From Trichoplax adhaerens (Eukaryota > Animalia > Placozoa): DNA of 64,000 bases. The stretch lies in the NCBI RefSeq assembly GCF_000150275.1, contig NW_002060948.1, forward strand, positions 2,044,918 to 2,108,917, in the 5' to 3' direction. Below the pieces are notes generated by a model that saw only the letters and a list, made by a program, of their open reading frames with translations, ran no database searches and was not told the DNA's origin. Of this stretch, positions 46,037 to 62,400 are shown piece by piece (position 1 is the stretch's first letter; every line of letters starts with the position of its first letter). The position numbers were made by a program, and so were the translations under genes.

Positions 46037-47982
46037 TCTCTGTTCACGATCAATTTATGCGTTAGCATTAGTAAGAGACAGCTTGCCTAACACGCTAATT
46101 CAACTTTCTAAAACCAATATTGATGGTCATATCTCCCTATGCTTGATATCACGTAAAAAGACCTACTAAAGCCCAACTATCTATCGGTTAAACTACAATA
46201 ATTGCTACCCTCTTATTGTAAAGAATAATAAGAATTCATATGAAGAAATTATACACAGATTTTCCCCTTTTCTGAGACCTGAATTCCATTATATTCTATC
46301 CCGTTGAATTGAAATCGTATATTTACAAAATAGTTTATAATGAGTATGGTATTTAACACACCCAATTTAAAATTTCATACTTCATAACTATAATTTATAA
46401 TAGCCCAGTACAGAAGTTGTAGTGAACGGGTCAACAAAATTTTTATGACTTTGTTTTGTGAGATAAATGGTATATGCAACGGGTTAAAATTTGCAAGGAA
46501 TAAGTAAGCTTTAAAGAGAACATTTAAAATAGCAGTTGCCTGATTACTATAACACAAAAATAATGTTAGCATTTTCAAAGGCATTTCGTATTCAATCAAT
46601 CGGGTATTTAATTGTTAATTTAAGGTGTTAATCATTGTTAAAAAGTTAATATCATACAATAAATAAGAGTTTATCTCAATGATAATTTCTCGCATAGGAC
46701 ATAGATTGAAATTTTAATTAATAACAAGATAAATCATAGGCAAATCCCTAAAAGTAGACAATAAAGAGATCACCAGCATAAGATAGAAAAATAGCTAATA
46801 GCTATTAATTTATTCAATCGATCATGACATAAAAATGAATACAATAATGACCTTTAGTATAATAGATTGAGCATTGTTAGTTATGTTTTTGATCCGTAGC
46901 GAAATTGCGCCTTTACGTCAAACTATAAAAACAAAGTTTTGCTAGCAGCCATTTATTATACCGTATATAAGAAGGAACCAATCTAAAATTAAAAGTCACG
47001 ATAAACGATAGCAACGTGAATAATACAAATCACCTTCAAGATTGGCGAATTTACATAAAATGACCGGTAATGATAATCTCATCATATTAAATACGTTATA
47101 AATATCGAAGGAAGGTAAAATTGAAAATCCATTTTATTAAAATAGAACTAATATTTACTTAAGTAAGCAAAAACATTAATCCACTTTAAAAAGACATATC
47201 TTAGTTGCTTAATTATAATACTGTCTCTAAATATCTGTATCATTTATATCACTTTACATCAGTACCATTATAGTATGCTTGTGTATAATTCTATTCTCAT
47301 CGCTACGGTTACTTTTATTCGTATAATTTTCAATCTAATGACTGTCATGTTAGAAAATGATTCGATATTGAATCATATTAGTATTTTATATATTCCAACA
47401 ATTGAACAAGGATCACAAGATCTGCCTGTTTAAGGTTATTCATTTCATCTTACTTAATGATTTAACATACTATCATATAATAAGTATTCACATTCCTTTC
47501 GGACTGCCACAGCTGATCGTGTATCATTCTATAATTTATATCCGAAGTGCAACTTGTGTCACTCAAATAATGCTACTACTTAAATTTTTATACTCTATTA
47601 AAATATTAACTAGAAGTGTAGTATAAAATTAACTCAATTTCCGTAGGGAGTAGGACTGTAAGTTATAAGTATTTCGCTCCAGACTGCAATTACTTCACGT
47701 CACCTATGTAATTAACCCATTGAATTTTATTTACCAGAAAGTATTCCATTTGATTGAAATAATAAAATACGATTTGGTATAGGTAGAGGGCGATATTCAG
47801 CACTATTATCTATTTTACGTCAGTTTAGAGTTAAAACCTTTTCTATACGTTTTACAATATTTAGTACGACTTTATCGACCTAGTTTCTGGAGATGTAACG
47901 TAATTTTTGTATGTGATGATATACTGTATTATGTGTTAAAAATTATTATACGCGTAGGTGTAATATAACACGGTAAATTTCG

Positions 47983-49494
47983 ATGGAATTGAAAGTTAGT
48001 CAGTAGTGCATCAATAATTCTTGAATAGCAACTCGTAAGTCCAAATTTTCGTCTTGAGATTTTATTAAAAAATATGATACAATTATTATTTGAGGAATAT
48101 AAAGCGATCTAATTAAAGTATCACAAAACCTTAACTCAATAATGTGGTACTGTCACACTGAATTAATCAAAATATATTTATTAATTCTGATGTCTGTACA
48201 GTATGTTTCCTAACTGTCATCTATAATTAATTGGGTTTCTTAACGAAGATTTATTTAGTAAGCTTTATCGTGTATGATATTAAAATACGTATATATATAC
48301 TCGTATATATGTATCTACGCGTATTTGCTGTATGTTAGTGGTAAGGATAGTGATTTTAATTGCATCTTAAAAAGAATTTAAATAACATTATATTCAACGA
48401 ATTAGTTTCAAGGGCCAGATATTTTACTAATATTTACTATTTTAACATTTATAGATGCAAATAATTCGAATTCAAGTCACTTTTATAGTGCCAGCAGTAC
48501 ACTAAAATATGGAATCATCATTATCATTTTAGTATCAGTATTAGCCGCCATAAGCAACCTATATATTTTGTTCGTTATTTGTATTCAGCGTCGAAAAATG
48601 GTACCAGTCCTGCTAGGAATTGGTAATTTAGCTATTTGTAATACATTGACAGTGATACTTTTACCGACCAATCTTGGACTTATTTTACAAGCTTTTAAAT
48701 ATCGATCAATGGAGATAAATTTACCTTCTAGATTTGCATGTGGTATGACTTTACCGCTAGTTATTCATACACAGCTCACGAGTAGAGGCACGTTGGCTTT
48801 TATTGCTATTGAAAGACATCGGCGTATATGTGTTGGTAATAATAGAATTACCACGACTCAAACTAACTTTGTTCTTACAACATTATGGATTATCAGTGGG
48901 GCTCATGTATGGGCCCATTTTTTAACTATTTTCAGTAATCAATCTGTTTTAACGTTATGCAACTTGTTAAGCGCTTCATTTCATTCTCGTTTGATATTTA
49001 TCTCACCCATCTTAGGCACAACTTTGTGCTCATTAATAGTGGAAATAATATGCCATTATCGAATTAATGTTAATTTAAAGAAAAATCTTACATTAATACG
49101 AATGCAAACTATAAATAATACTCTATCTAATCGTCGCGTTAACTATGGCTTGATTCATTTGGATAACGAAGTATATCGATCTTCCAAAACGATATCTCAT
49201 GCCACAAAAAAGAAAAAAGCTACTTTAAAATCTCTGTTTCGTATTACAGCTTGGCACTCAGTGATGACAGTGTTATGGTGTTTAAACATTGGGATAGTTG
49301 TTGCTTCGCAAAGTCAATATAATCGTTCAATTCTAGATTGGGTAATCGTAATTAATATATTTCTTACCATTACGGCATGCATATTTAGTCCGATTTTATA
49401 TTACGGTAATGCCGAAAACGTACGAAATTGTTTACTCATATGTCTAATTCATCGTCGAAAAGTCTCAGTTGCTACAAATCATTTAGCTGAATGA
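47983..49494 (+). CDS. Divergent rhodopsin-like (class A) GPCR; main exon 48455-49494, candidate first exon 47983-47998
   Basis: About seven hydrophobic segments, N-terminal NxS sequons, TM1 Asn (AISNLYI), IAIERHRRI at the E/DRY position, TM4 Trp, SPILY at the NPxxY position. The main exon has no in-frame ATG before TM1; ATG GAA TTG AAA GTT A|gtcagt fits the phase. Confidence 0.8.
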
Positions 49495-50358
49495 TGTTGT
49501 AAATTCAAAGTCTTGTTATCTTAAGTGCTTCCCTATATGAAGTCATCATTCAATGTTACTCCGTGATTTGTGAACAGTACTGTAGGTATTAATGAATTTC
49601 TCAGATAATCAATTTTATAAAAATGCGTAGTATGACTTGTTTAAAATTAGCTGTGCATACAATGTAAATAACGTTGCAATTTTAGTCATAAATGCAAATA
49701 TTCAAGGATAACTGAGAGGATATCCTGTAGAAATGAATATTTATTTCTTGATATAGCATCAACCAGTCTATGTATTATCAAAATATATAATATCTACTAT
49801 ATCTACTGTATATTGTACTATATAATGTCAGTAAAGAATAGCACAGCATTTATTGAGTGCAATTAAAATTAGTCAAAAGTTATAACAAAATAACAATCTA
49901 TATGTTGCGTAGCATATATGCAATAAGTTATGCACATATGTAATGAAGTATATAGTTTATGTGTATAATACTGTAGTTAAATTGTAATTGTAATGTAAGG
50001 CCCTTTTAAAAGTGATGGCTTATTGTCTAAAAAAATGATAACGAATAACGATGGTATGAAATAAATAATATGAAATGTAAAATACTTTAGCACTACATTC
50101 TACGTCTACTTTCCTGTAAAATAGCTAAAATAAAGGCATTTCTCAACAATAAACGACCTACAGTACTATATGCTGCATCATTTGATCATCATTTTTCTGG
50201 CGTTATACAAGCAAAGTGAGCTAGAAAGAGGGAGGTTCTGGTGATGTAATAAATGTATGAATAACGTCATCCAGCCACATTTAGTAGTACTGTTCAACAT
50301 TATATTATCAACAACGCTGACTATGATACTGTATGGTGTAGAGTATACAAATGTATAG

Positions 50359-50460
50359 GGTTGGCATATAGAATTACCGTTTGGTCTGTCAACGTATGTA
50401 TAGTCGCAAACATTGACTGGTTGGCGTATAGAATTACCGTTACGTCGGTGAACGTATAGG
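50359..50460. repeat. 60-bp period duplication in the OPA3 promoter region
   Basis: GGTTGGC(A/G)TATAGAATTACCGTT...AACGTAT at 50359 and 50419. Confidence 0.8.
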
Positions 50461-50600
50461 CTGACCGGTTTCTTACACTAACCGTAATATACATACATAC
50501 TGTAGAGCGCAGATAGGATAGGTTTAGCGTGCTCATTGGAGCATAGGAGTTCGCAGTTTTAAATTATCTTACCTTGTCATCAGCAATATCTCGAATAAAA

Positions 50601-51757
50601 ATGGTAGCATTACCACTTGCTAAACTCTTCTATCTAGGTATTAAACAGATATCGAAGCCATTGGTATATAGAATAAAGACTGCTGCCAAAGGAAGCCCAT
50701 TCTTTAGGAAATATATTTGCATACCCCCAGCCCAAGGTACTGTACTGTTATGCACACGCAAAGCACAAGTTAACCCTAAGTATATCCTCCTATCTTTCTA
50801 GTTGTAAACCGATATAGACAATAATGTAAACTAGCTACATCTACATAACGGTGCTGAACTCTTAGATAATGTTATAATTTCGACTAGTTAATAAATAAGA
50901 TAAATGAATAGTTGCTTAATCGCTTCTATGGATAAACTCTTTGCTAGTTATTCCTGCAACCTATAAAATCAGTTGTGGTTGAAGTTGCAAAGAATGCATG
51001 CTGCGCTACGTGTGCTATATCACTATCTACTAACATTTACGTATTAACTGTTGTATACCGTACTATTTGATCACAGCATCATCACTTTATGTTGAACATT
51101 ATTCATTTAAGGCACTTTAATTAATCTACTACACAAAATTTGCGATGTTTATACCAAAATGACCCAAATCAAATAGTCGATTTTTCCCTTTATTTTACCA
51201 AATACGTTATTCTCACGTTGAAAGCCATTAAAATACTAAATTTTTATATGATGGTTTCATTTACAGCACATCATTGGCTGGAATTAAATGTTAAAATGAG
51301 ATTAATGGGCTTCAAGGGTAGAGCTGAAATTAAACCTCTGAATGAAGCAAATGCTATTGAATTGGGTTCCGAAATCCTAGGAGAAACCTTAATATTTGGT
51401 ATAGCAGCGGGTACTATTCTTGCAGAATACTATAGAGGCCAAAGAAACGAAAGGAAGAAAGAAGACGTACAAAATGAAACGTTAGCGTTACTGGTAGAAA
51501 AAGTTTCGGAACTAGAATTACAGATGCATCAGCAATCTGCTGAACTGAGAGAGCTAAGAAGAGGCATATCTTATCAAGATAGCAATAAGTGGACTAACCT
51601 ATCCAATATTGATATTAAATTGTCTAGTAGTATTACAAATGAAAGTAGTAGTACCTCCACAAAGACGAAGAATGCAGATATCAATAAATCCAGCCGAGCA
51701 AAGGAAGAAAGTACTCAATCAGAGTCTACATCTAGTTTCTTCTCTTGGCTTTGTTAG
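50601..51757 (+). CDS. OPA3: Optic atrophy 3 protein homolog; exons 50601-50736 and 51267-51757
   Basis: [20 protein letters not shown]...[27 protein letters not shown]...[19 protein letters not shown], followed by a coiled coil. Confidence 0.95.
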
Positions 51758-53831
51758 TAATTCAAACGCTAGTAATGATCGTTCTGCCTCAGTCAATACA
51801 GGTGACAGAGAATCTAATTCAGTTAACGAGCAGGCTATAACAGATACTAAGGGCGTTGAACCCAAACATTGATATTTAAATTAAATTTATTGAATGCTTT
51901 TCTATTAAATCATATAGTATACATACAATTCAGATAAAAGATATTCACGTTTACAGCATATACCGTACGTGCACGTTGGAGGAGTGTCATATCTCTTATA
52001 CTGTACAGTACAGTAATTTATAAACTTCACGACAGTAAGCCTTACTACACGCACAACTTTTCTGGCATCAAGCCAACGGAATCAGATGCTGGCTAAACCT
52101 ACAAGCTAAGCTGATCAAGCGTATTGTATTTGTTGTGCTGATGTTTCTCTGATGAGATATACGAGTATAATGTACTGGTATACTACCAACTGTTCTGCTG
52201 CCTTAAGTTGTGGATTTTACTGTCTAATTAATTTAAGACAAATAGTTAATTTTTATACTTATTTGCTTCTGCTAAAATTGATGTGGAGCATTTAGGATAA
52301 GTTCGTATTGTTTGTATTGTTACGCATAAACCTATGTACGGTACATTAAATTGCTATATAATACAAGTCGTGAAAATTAATTGCAACTACTGGATACATT
52401 ATATTATATGCAAATGCAATATAAATTATATCATTATTTCATGCCTCATTAATGTTTCGTGGTGTAAGATTTTTAATAAAAAATCTGCGAAGATTGTACT
52501 ATCCAATTCTTGGTAGTACAGTACACAGTCTACTACCACAGCATATGTTTATATATGCTTAATGTAGTTATGATTGGCTCTTAATTGATTAATATGCAGA
52601 CTTTATGAATCTGTCTTTAAGAAATTTTACAGTAAAATTATATTTGAAACCCATTAGCAGAATATTGTTCGGTGAACTGTAAATAAAAATTATCTAGTCG
52701 TTCCTTATGTTGCAATAGAATTTATCTCAGTTTATAAAAAATCGTTTTTATTCGGTAATGCAACAAGTTATACACTGTAAGTGGGTAGTACGTATGTACG
52801 AGTATATATATAATATACGTATTCTTAATTCTGCTTGCACGAACATAAACATTATAATGCTATGTTGCACAACAGTACTCGGCTCACGTACACATATCCG
52901 ATAAAAAAGATTTCATATCTATGAAGTTAATGATGAGTACACCTATACTGCCACCAATTGAACGTTATTTGTCTTGAGAACTACATCAATGTAACGAAGG
53001 CAATTAATGGGAATGCGCTTGATGATTTTATACCATCTTTATTTACGAAATCTACATATACAGAATATCGAATAACTTGTAAACAACTAAATTCGTTTAC
53101 TGTACGTGTTTACATTTCTGAACGACATAGGGCCGGGATACTCGTTTGAACGTATTACTTTGCCTATCATGCCTTCGTACACTAATTATTGTAGCATGGT
53201 GCTCACATTTTAACAAGTTATGGTAAAGTTTCCTCAAGTTAAGGTAATCATGTATTCCTTAGCTACATTTTATTTAAAAAGTTTAAAATTACAGAATACT
53301 TGAGACAGGCAATATTTCACGTCATCTATTCAGATGGAAGAAAGAAATTAATATGGGTCAAAGTAATTACGAAATCTACCCTAAGGTACTGCCTACATCT
53401 TACCTGACTAATTTGCATGGGTATATCATATGAAAATAATAATGCAAGAGCTTTACATATATGTGTAGAGCTGGAAAGCGAGATGTTACATTAATGTCGT
53501 AGGTAACTCATAAGGTTATATATAATCCATCAGCTCCGATGCGTACAGTACGGAAACTATATTTAAAATTCTAATTAAATTCAGAGTAAATCGCACAAAT
53601 TATAAATCGATTCGTAACCCTAAATCTAATTTAGAGATGCAATGTAAGAAATTGATAATGCACGTTTTGCTGAATGTGAAATAGTAAATTATTCTGTGTA
53701 GTACTTGCACATTTTAGGGCAAGATCATTTTAAATTGTTCACATTAATATTATGCCTCAAATAAAATTAAGCAATTATAAACGTTGACGCTAATTAGATA
53801 CATAATATACTGTACAACAGAAGGATTAGTT

Positions 53832-55555
<1,724 letters not shown>

Positions 55556-55851
55556 TGGTAGTGATAGTATTAATTAATGCTTCGATTACTAGAAAATGCT
55601 AAAGGTTGATGATAAGATTAGATTTCAAGAATGATATCCACAGTAGTAAAACTTTATGTATAATGCGAATTATTTATTAATGAATTCAAGTGAACGATCA
55701 CTAATCTTGTACGATTAAACTAAACCATAAAGCCGTTCTTGGTTATAGGAAATTTTTATTTAGTCATTCGCTACTGAGATTTAGTAATAAAATGCAATAC
55801 TCGTAAAATACAGTACATGAAAATGCCAGCGATCCCATGAATATACGACTT

Positions 55852-56200
55852 TTACACGATCCAATGCCAGTTTACAATTCATAAAGTATTGATTCTGATA
55901 ACAGATTGCATTCGTAATGGTCCTTGCCTGTATTTGACTACACTAGCTAATAGTTCAAGGACTCGAAAAAGTTCCAATGTCCCAAGCAACAATTACACAT
56001 GCATTCATGATTACAGGCAGAGATAATTACACGATCCAATGCCAGTTTATAATTAATAAAGCATTGACTGTAATATCAGATTGGATTCATAATGGTCCTT
56101 GCCTGTATTTGACACCACTAGTTAATAGTTAAAGGACTCAAAAAAGTTCGATGTCCCAAGCAACAACTATACGTCCATTTATGATTACAGGCAGAGATAA
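55852..56200. repeat. Tandem duplication, ~176 bp x2
   Basis: TTACACGATCCAATGCCAGTTTA at 55852 and 56028; both units end ATGATTACAGGCAGAGATAAT. Confidence 0.92.
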
Positions 56201-56662
56201 TAGTACAGTAGAGTATACAGCTTTGCGATTAAGTTCCAATTTTTCATAATGCTTCGTACTACCTACACGCAATAATCTATTATACGAGGGCTATGTTAGA
56301 GTATCTCCCATTTCATAATAAGGGGAAAGCCATATTCATTAAGTTGAAATACTTTAGTAGTTCATAGCTGTTGATCACCAGTAGTAACTAGCTAGCCAAA
56401 CTGCTGTATTTATTATTTACGACATTGGATACTGTACAGTACGTCATCGTCTGTAACTACTGTGCACTGTAGGACTCTGTGATACAGTGTACAGTACACT
56501 ATAGCCCAGCATACAGTACGGTAGGTGCTGTTATGGCGCGAATATTGCACCCCTTTAAAATGTCCCATACGACGACATTGTACTATGTGAATTAATCATG
56601 ATTAAGCGAACCAAAGATGATCAAGATTCTTGCTATTTTCGACTTTTATGGTCTGGCGTTTG

Positions 56663-57106
56663 AACTTACACTGTATTAGCCGAGAAATAGGAGATTTGAC
56701 TGAAAACTTGATGATGTCATCTCTTCTACTTACTAATTCTGTAGTCTGTCGTACTGATATTCTACAGTGTAGTAGATTGGTGTGAGGCGATTCGTTGTAC
56801 TGTATATGTATTGGTGAAAATTATTTTCAATCGTTTCTAGCGAAATTCTTTAGTCAACAGACAGCAAATGGAGTTACAGTAACTTACACTGTATTAGCCA
56901 ATAAATAGGAGATTTGACTGAAAAATTGATGATGTTATTTCTTCTACTTACTAATTCTGTAGTCTGTCGTACTCATATTCTACAGTGTAGTAGATTGGGG
57001 GTGTGAGGCGATTCGTTGTACTGTATAATACGTATTGGTGAAAATTATTTTCAATCGTTTCTAGCGAAATTCTGTTATCAACAGACAGCAAAAGGAAGTT
57101 ACAGTA
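56663..57106. repeat. Tandem duplication, ~218 bp x2
   Basis: AACTTACACTGTATTAGCC at 56663 and 56881; both units end GTTACAGTA. Confidence 0.92.
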
Positions 57107-59476
57107 TTTTCTTACGGCAGGTGAACATAGACCACACGTTAGAACAAAATTACTTGACTATCCAATACTGGAAAGCTTTGAGCGATTTCAAAAATAACTC
57201 AGGCTAAATGGAAATCATCCATCAATAGAGTACAGTAAATCCAAATCGACTTGACTAGTCACTTACTGGCTTTTGACTAAGTGAATCACCAGTACAACTT
57301 AGTAAGCTGACATAAAGTCGCAAAAAAGTTGCATCTCTAGCGAATAACCAAAAGGAAAGGTGCTTTACTGTAACCCCTACTACTTTAATCAAATAGTACC
57401 TCTATTTGAAAATACTATACGATGTACTTGTGTTAACATGTTGATCATTACTGATACCGCTTGAAGTACTGTAGTAATTTGATTTTTAGAAAGGTCTATA
57501 GAACACGTCGTGCATGCTTTGTAAAAGTCACTCGATTGCAATTGAAGTTCAATTTATTCCGGCTATCTGGATAAAAGCAAAGACATACCTGCAAATGATA
57601 ATAGAACGAGTGCAGGATAATGTTGGAATGGATTTGCAAAGTGCCAACTGGATAAAATGAATAATCTCTCAATTCTCTCTTACTTGAAATTCCAATCCAC
57701 GATCCAATGTGTTGATGGAAAAAATTCAGCGTTAACTACTGACGATACTGTAGTCAAATGCACAACAGTGACGACGCAACAATCTGCTAATCTGCTATGC
57801 ACGCATACAACATTAATTATTTATTTTAGAATGGACCGTTTAGGGCTGAAGACACGGTACGGCACGGCACGGTACGCAAAGAATGATTCGCAACTGATTG
57901 AATGGTACTGTAGAGCGAAGTGCAGAGATACTGATGTAACATTCTATGTTATGCCACTTGAATAACACTGGCGTGAACAGCACTGAGCACAAAGAGTACA
58001 GTATAAGCACAGACCATAGCACAGGCTTATCTCCTGCCCGTACAGTACAGTGTACAGTACATGACACTGACATTCGGTAAACCACTGTACACTGTACCGT
58101 ATCGTACCGTAGACTCACGTACAGTGTAACACGGCAGACCTCGAGTCATGGTGCAGTGTGTGACTTGCGAGTCTGTGCAAGCTCAAACAAAGCTAAAACT
58201 AGCAAAGCGGTTAGCGCCTGGTAAATAGAGTTGATGATGTAACCTATGGTGCACTGTACAGTACTGCAGTTAGTATCGCCAACTGCTATACTGTACTGTA
58301 CTGTACGATCCAAAAAAAAGGAAAAAAAAAATATCGGTGACAACACCAGTTGACAGTCCCATCAATCGCTGAACACTGTCCATGCTGTCATGATCATCCT
58401 ATTGCGTCAAAATTCTGTCGTCCTTTCAGCCATTTACTGTATTCAATCCTTGCTTTATGATATTAATTCAGCTTCAAAGTCATGAAAATAAATAAATTGA
58501 CTCAAAGCAATAGTGCCGATCTACTAAATACGATATAATGACACTATGGCGTCATCACTAGGGTTGGTACTTGCTCGAACAAGCTATCCAAATCCAAAAA
58601 GCGCGCGTTTTCCAAACAGAGAATTTCATTGGTTACCGTGAAATGATACTGCGCATTGTGCAATAGCCACCATACTGTGCACGGTGCAGTACACTAGTAC
58701 AGAATCAAAATTGTGTGACAGCGTCAGCTACAGTACACTGTACTGTAGTGAACCCGTACAGTCAATTAAAGTACCGTAGTGTTCTACTGTACACTGTAGA
58801 GTATGCCTCCGTCAGTCGTCTGTCGTACACCATTCACCGAGATTGCGACTAATCACTATGATCAAGTGAATAGGAAAAGGGAGGGACGGCCAACGGACGT
58901 TCACGGCAATGATCAAGCTGACCAGTATCGTTCTAATCATTCGGATCAACATCAATCTACGACTCCCCTATATCCTATGTGTAAAATCGACTGCATCAAT
59001 ATCACTATGCAACTCTCCTACAGTATATTGCATGTATAAAATACCAATCTACAGTACTGTGTTGAACAGATACATATATCAATGACTCAATCAAACCTAT
59101 CAAGCAGCTCATTTATTGGGTTGACAATACCGCAGGCCGCATACACTGAGTACAGGAGATGGTTTCAGATAGACAGTCACGGTACTATCGCCCATGACTG
59201 TACTGAGCAGTGAACAGATGAGCAATACGGGGTATGTCCTTGTTGACGGGCCTGCGCAGTGCACTCTACAGTTCACTACAGTAGCATGCAGTGCAACTAG
59301 CGTAAGTGGATAGTTTGTACTGTAGAGGACAGTAGTTTGTACCACACTTACTGAACAGGTTACAGTACTCGACATCAGGTTGTAACCAACATGTACTGTA
59401 CTGGATGTGGTATTTCTTCATCGCAAATTGCAATCCGATAGGATAGTCTGGCAACGGAAATGGAATAAGCAAAACT

Positions 59477-62400
59477 ATGGCAGATAATCGCCTCAACAGT
59501 TCATCGATTTCCACTCTTCGTACGACCACAGTGGCTAAAAAGTCCTTCCTCAACCCTCAAAATGTTTCTTTACATGATATGGTCCGTGGTGATCACATGA
59601 TTGTATCGGTTGTCAATTCTAAATTCGAGGAATTATATCAAAACAGCCCAGCACCGAAGGTACATTGACCACTTGTATAGGTTATCATGCGACATGGATT
59701 CTGTACTTTGTAAATTGATCAATAGATTACACCACCTGATTGCACTACCACATCTAGTTTACATTGATCTATGTATAGTGTAGCTTGCACTTTATTGGAC
59801 GATATATTGTAATAGATCAATAAATGCAGTCACATCTTCGGAATTTCTGTAGAGTATCGCGAGGAACTGCAGCATTTGAAGATTGCAATTCCTGCACTTT
59901 ACTCTGACGCTATCCACACTAGAAATGATTACTAAATGTAAATACAACAAACGATTCTCTACAATGCCAGTACAGTAGTATGCTGTGTAGAGCATCGCGA
60001 GGAACTGCAGCATTTGAAGATTACAATTCCTGCACTTTACTCTGACGCTATCCACACTAGAAATGATTACTAAATGTAAATACAACAAACGATTCTCTAC
60101 AATGCCAGTACAGTAGTATGCTGTGTAGAGCATCGCGAGGAACTGCAGCATTTGAAGATTACAATTCCTGCACTTTACTCTGACGCTATCCACACTAGAA
60201 ATGATTACTAAATGTAAATACAACTAACGATTCTCTACAGAGAATGATACAATGCCAGTACAGTAGTATGCTATATAGGATTCGCAACTAGACTACTGCA
60301 ATGTAGTAGGTTTACCAACAATATAGTGTAAGGATCGTATTGACAAGACGAATATGAAAAGATATGGCCAGATTCTACCACTACTGCACATAAAGTCGAT
60401 ACTGGTGACTTCGATAGCTGAGTGTTATAATGATTATATAATATATGTCATATTCGTATACGGTAGAGTTAGCTGTTGCGCAGCTTTACGTAACAAGACC
60501 ATTTGCTGATTCATGAACCCTGAGAAAGAATATTGGAACTTGAAAAGGTAGCTTTACAATCAGTTTCGACATTACTCTTGTACTAAACTAGTTCGAGGTG
60601 CTGTCATCGAACACGTCAACAGTACAAATATGGCGAATGTTACTCTACGCTTATTTGGTACCTGCTTACTACAGCAAGCCAACTTACTACCCTATCCTAA
60701 TCCTACCTCGCTAAACTATCGCTGCTTGTTTTCACCATATTGAAATCTTTTACAATTAGTTTCGACATTACTCCTGTACTAAACTATTTGGAGGTGCTGT
60801 CATCGAATGCATCAACAGTACAAATATGGAGAATGTTACTCTACACTTATTTGGTACCTACTTCCTGCAAGCCGACTTACTACCCTATCCTAATCCTACC
60901 GCGCTAAACTATCGCTGCTTGTTTTCACCGTATTTGAATCAAGACTAAATATTGTGTGCGAAAGATACAAAATTGATGCAATACTCTTTTTCAACTCATG
61001 TTACTATAGCGCGGGTACAGTATTGCATAAGCAATAACATCATTTTGCTGTTATGCCAGAAATCATCATCACCGCCGCATTAATATACTTGACTGTATAC
61101 TTTATGCCACTCAATGTTAGCCTTTATTTTAGCAGTTTATAGTACTTCACGTGAAATCATTCTTAAATTAATCCTAACCGAGTCTACAGTACTGTACTTG
61201 TACTGGATGGATAAATGTTGGACTCACATTTTTAGACAAGTTATGGACTACTTTTGGTCTTGCTTTTAGTGTCCTATACTTGCTTGTATCTATTCTACAG
61301 CACTCTTCACAGCACATACCATATACCAGTACATACGAATTGTAATCAAAATCACCCTAATCCAGCACCGCACTGTGTAGTATTACTGTAGTAAACTCTT
61401 ACTGTCGTTCTGATGAGATCCCATTCTCCAATACTTATTGCCGCATTGACTGTTTCTAAGCTAATTCAGGACTCCATTGATAGTCGATCGCTAGAATAGG
61501 CGTAAGTATTCTTTCCGAATTCGATGTAAATTATTTTAATAGCAATGAATCAATTTTGCGACTGATTTCAGAGCTCCAATTTGATATGCATAGTACGTTT
61601 ACCTCTATGATATGAAGTATTGCTCAGTAGTATGCAGTACTATGTAAATTATTTTATTAGCAATGAATCAATTTTGCGGCTGATTTCAGAGCTCCAATTT
61701 GATATGCTTAGTACGTTTACCTTTATGATATGAAGTATTGCTCAGTAGTATGCAGTACTATACAGTGAACATTTTGAAGACTGTCCACGAAATACCTGTA
61801 TGATTCATTGTATGCACTGCGTATACGAGTATGGACGAAATGGTTTGTTTCGGCCACGAAGAATATCTTATGTGTCACTAAATCATTCTTTTGGTACATC
61901 CTATCCTATCCTATCCTATAAAGCATAATTTTATTGCTGTGTTGGCCATTAATAATGTTTTAATATTACAGATATTACTGTACGTTACTTGATTAAGCAA
62001 GGCACAAGCTACAGTAATTATTATACGTAGACAAAGCTGGTAATCTACTTCGCAGCATAGAGCACATTTTGCAGATACGTACCAGTGTGTGCACGTGGTT
62101 TTGTGAAATAAATCGCTGCCTTGTGCAGTATGTAGATTTTAAGAGTCTCAGATCACATTTCAGAGTTGGAAAGAATGAACATTTGGCAGACCTTTCATTG
62201 TGCAAACAGTTGCAAATCCTCCCTCAGAAGTCCGAACCAACAAATTGTGATTCAATGTCGACCAACCATGCCAATTACTGTATTCGCTGTACGTATAACT
62301 TATGAGTTCTATGAATCACACTTTTCCACCTTTATGTGCACAGTGCTGGCAATCACGACACTTTATTGGCAAATATTGTCGCCTATTAAAGCAGTATTTG

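Noticed and set aside
59792-60223. 143-aa ORF with 46-aa repeats
   Set aside because: By-product of the 138-bp tandem repeat (a multiple of 3); no clear ATG context or recognisable domain.
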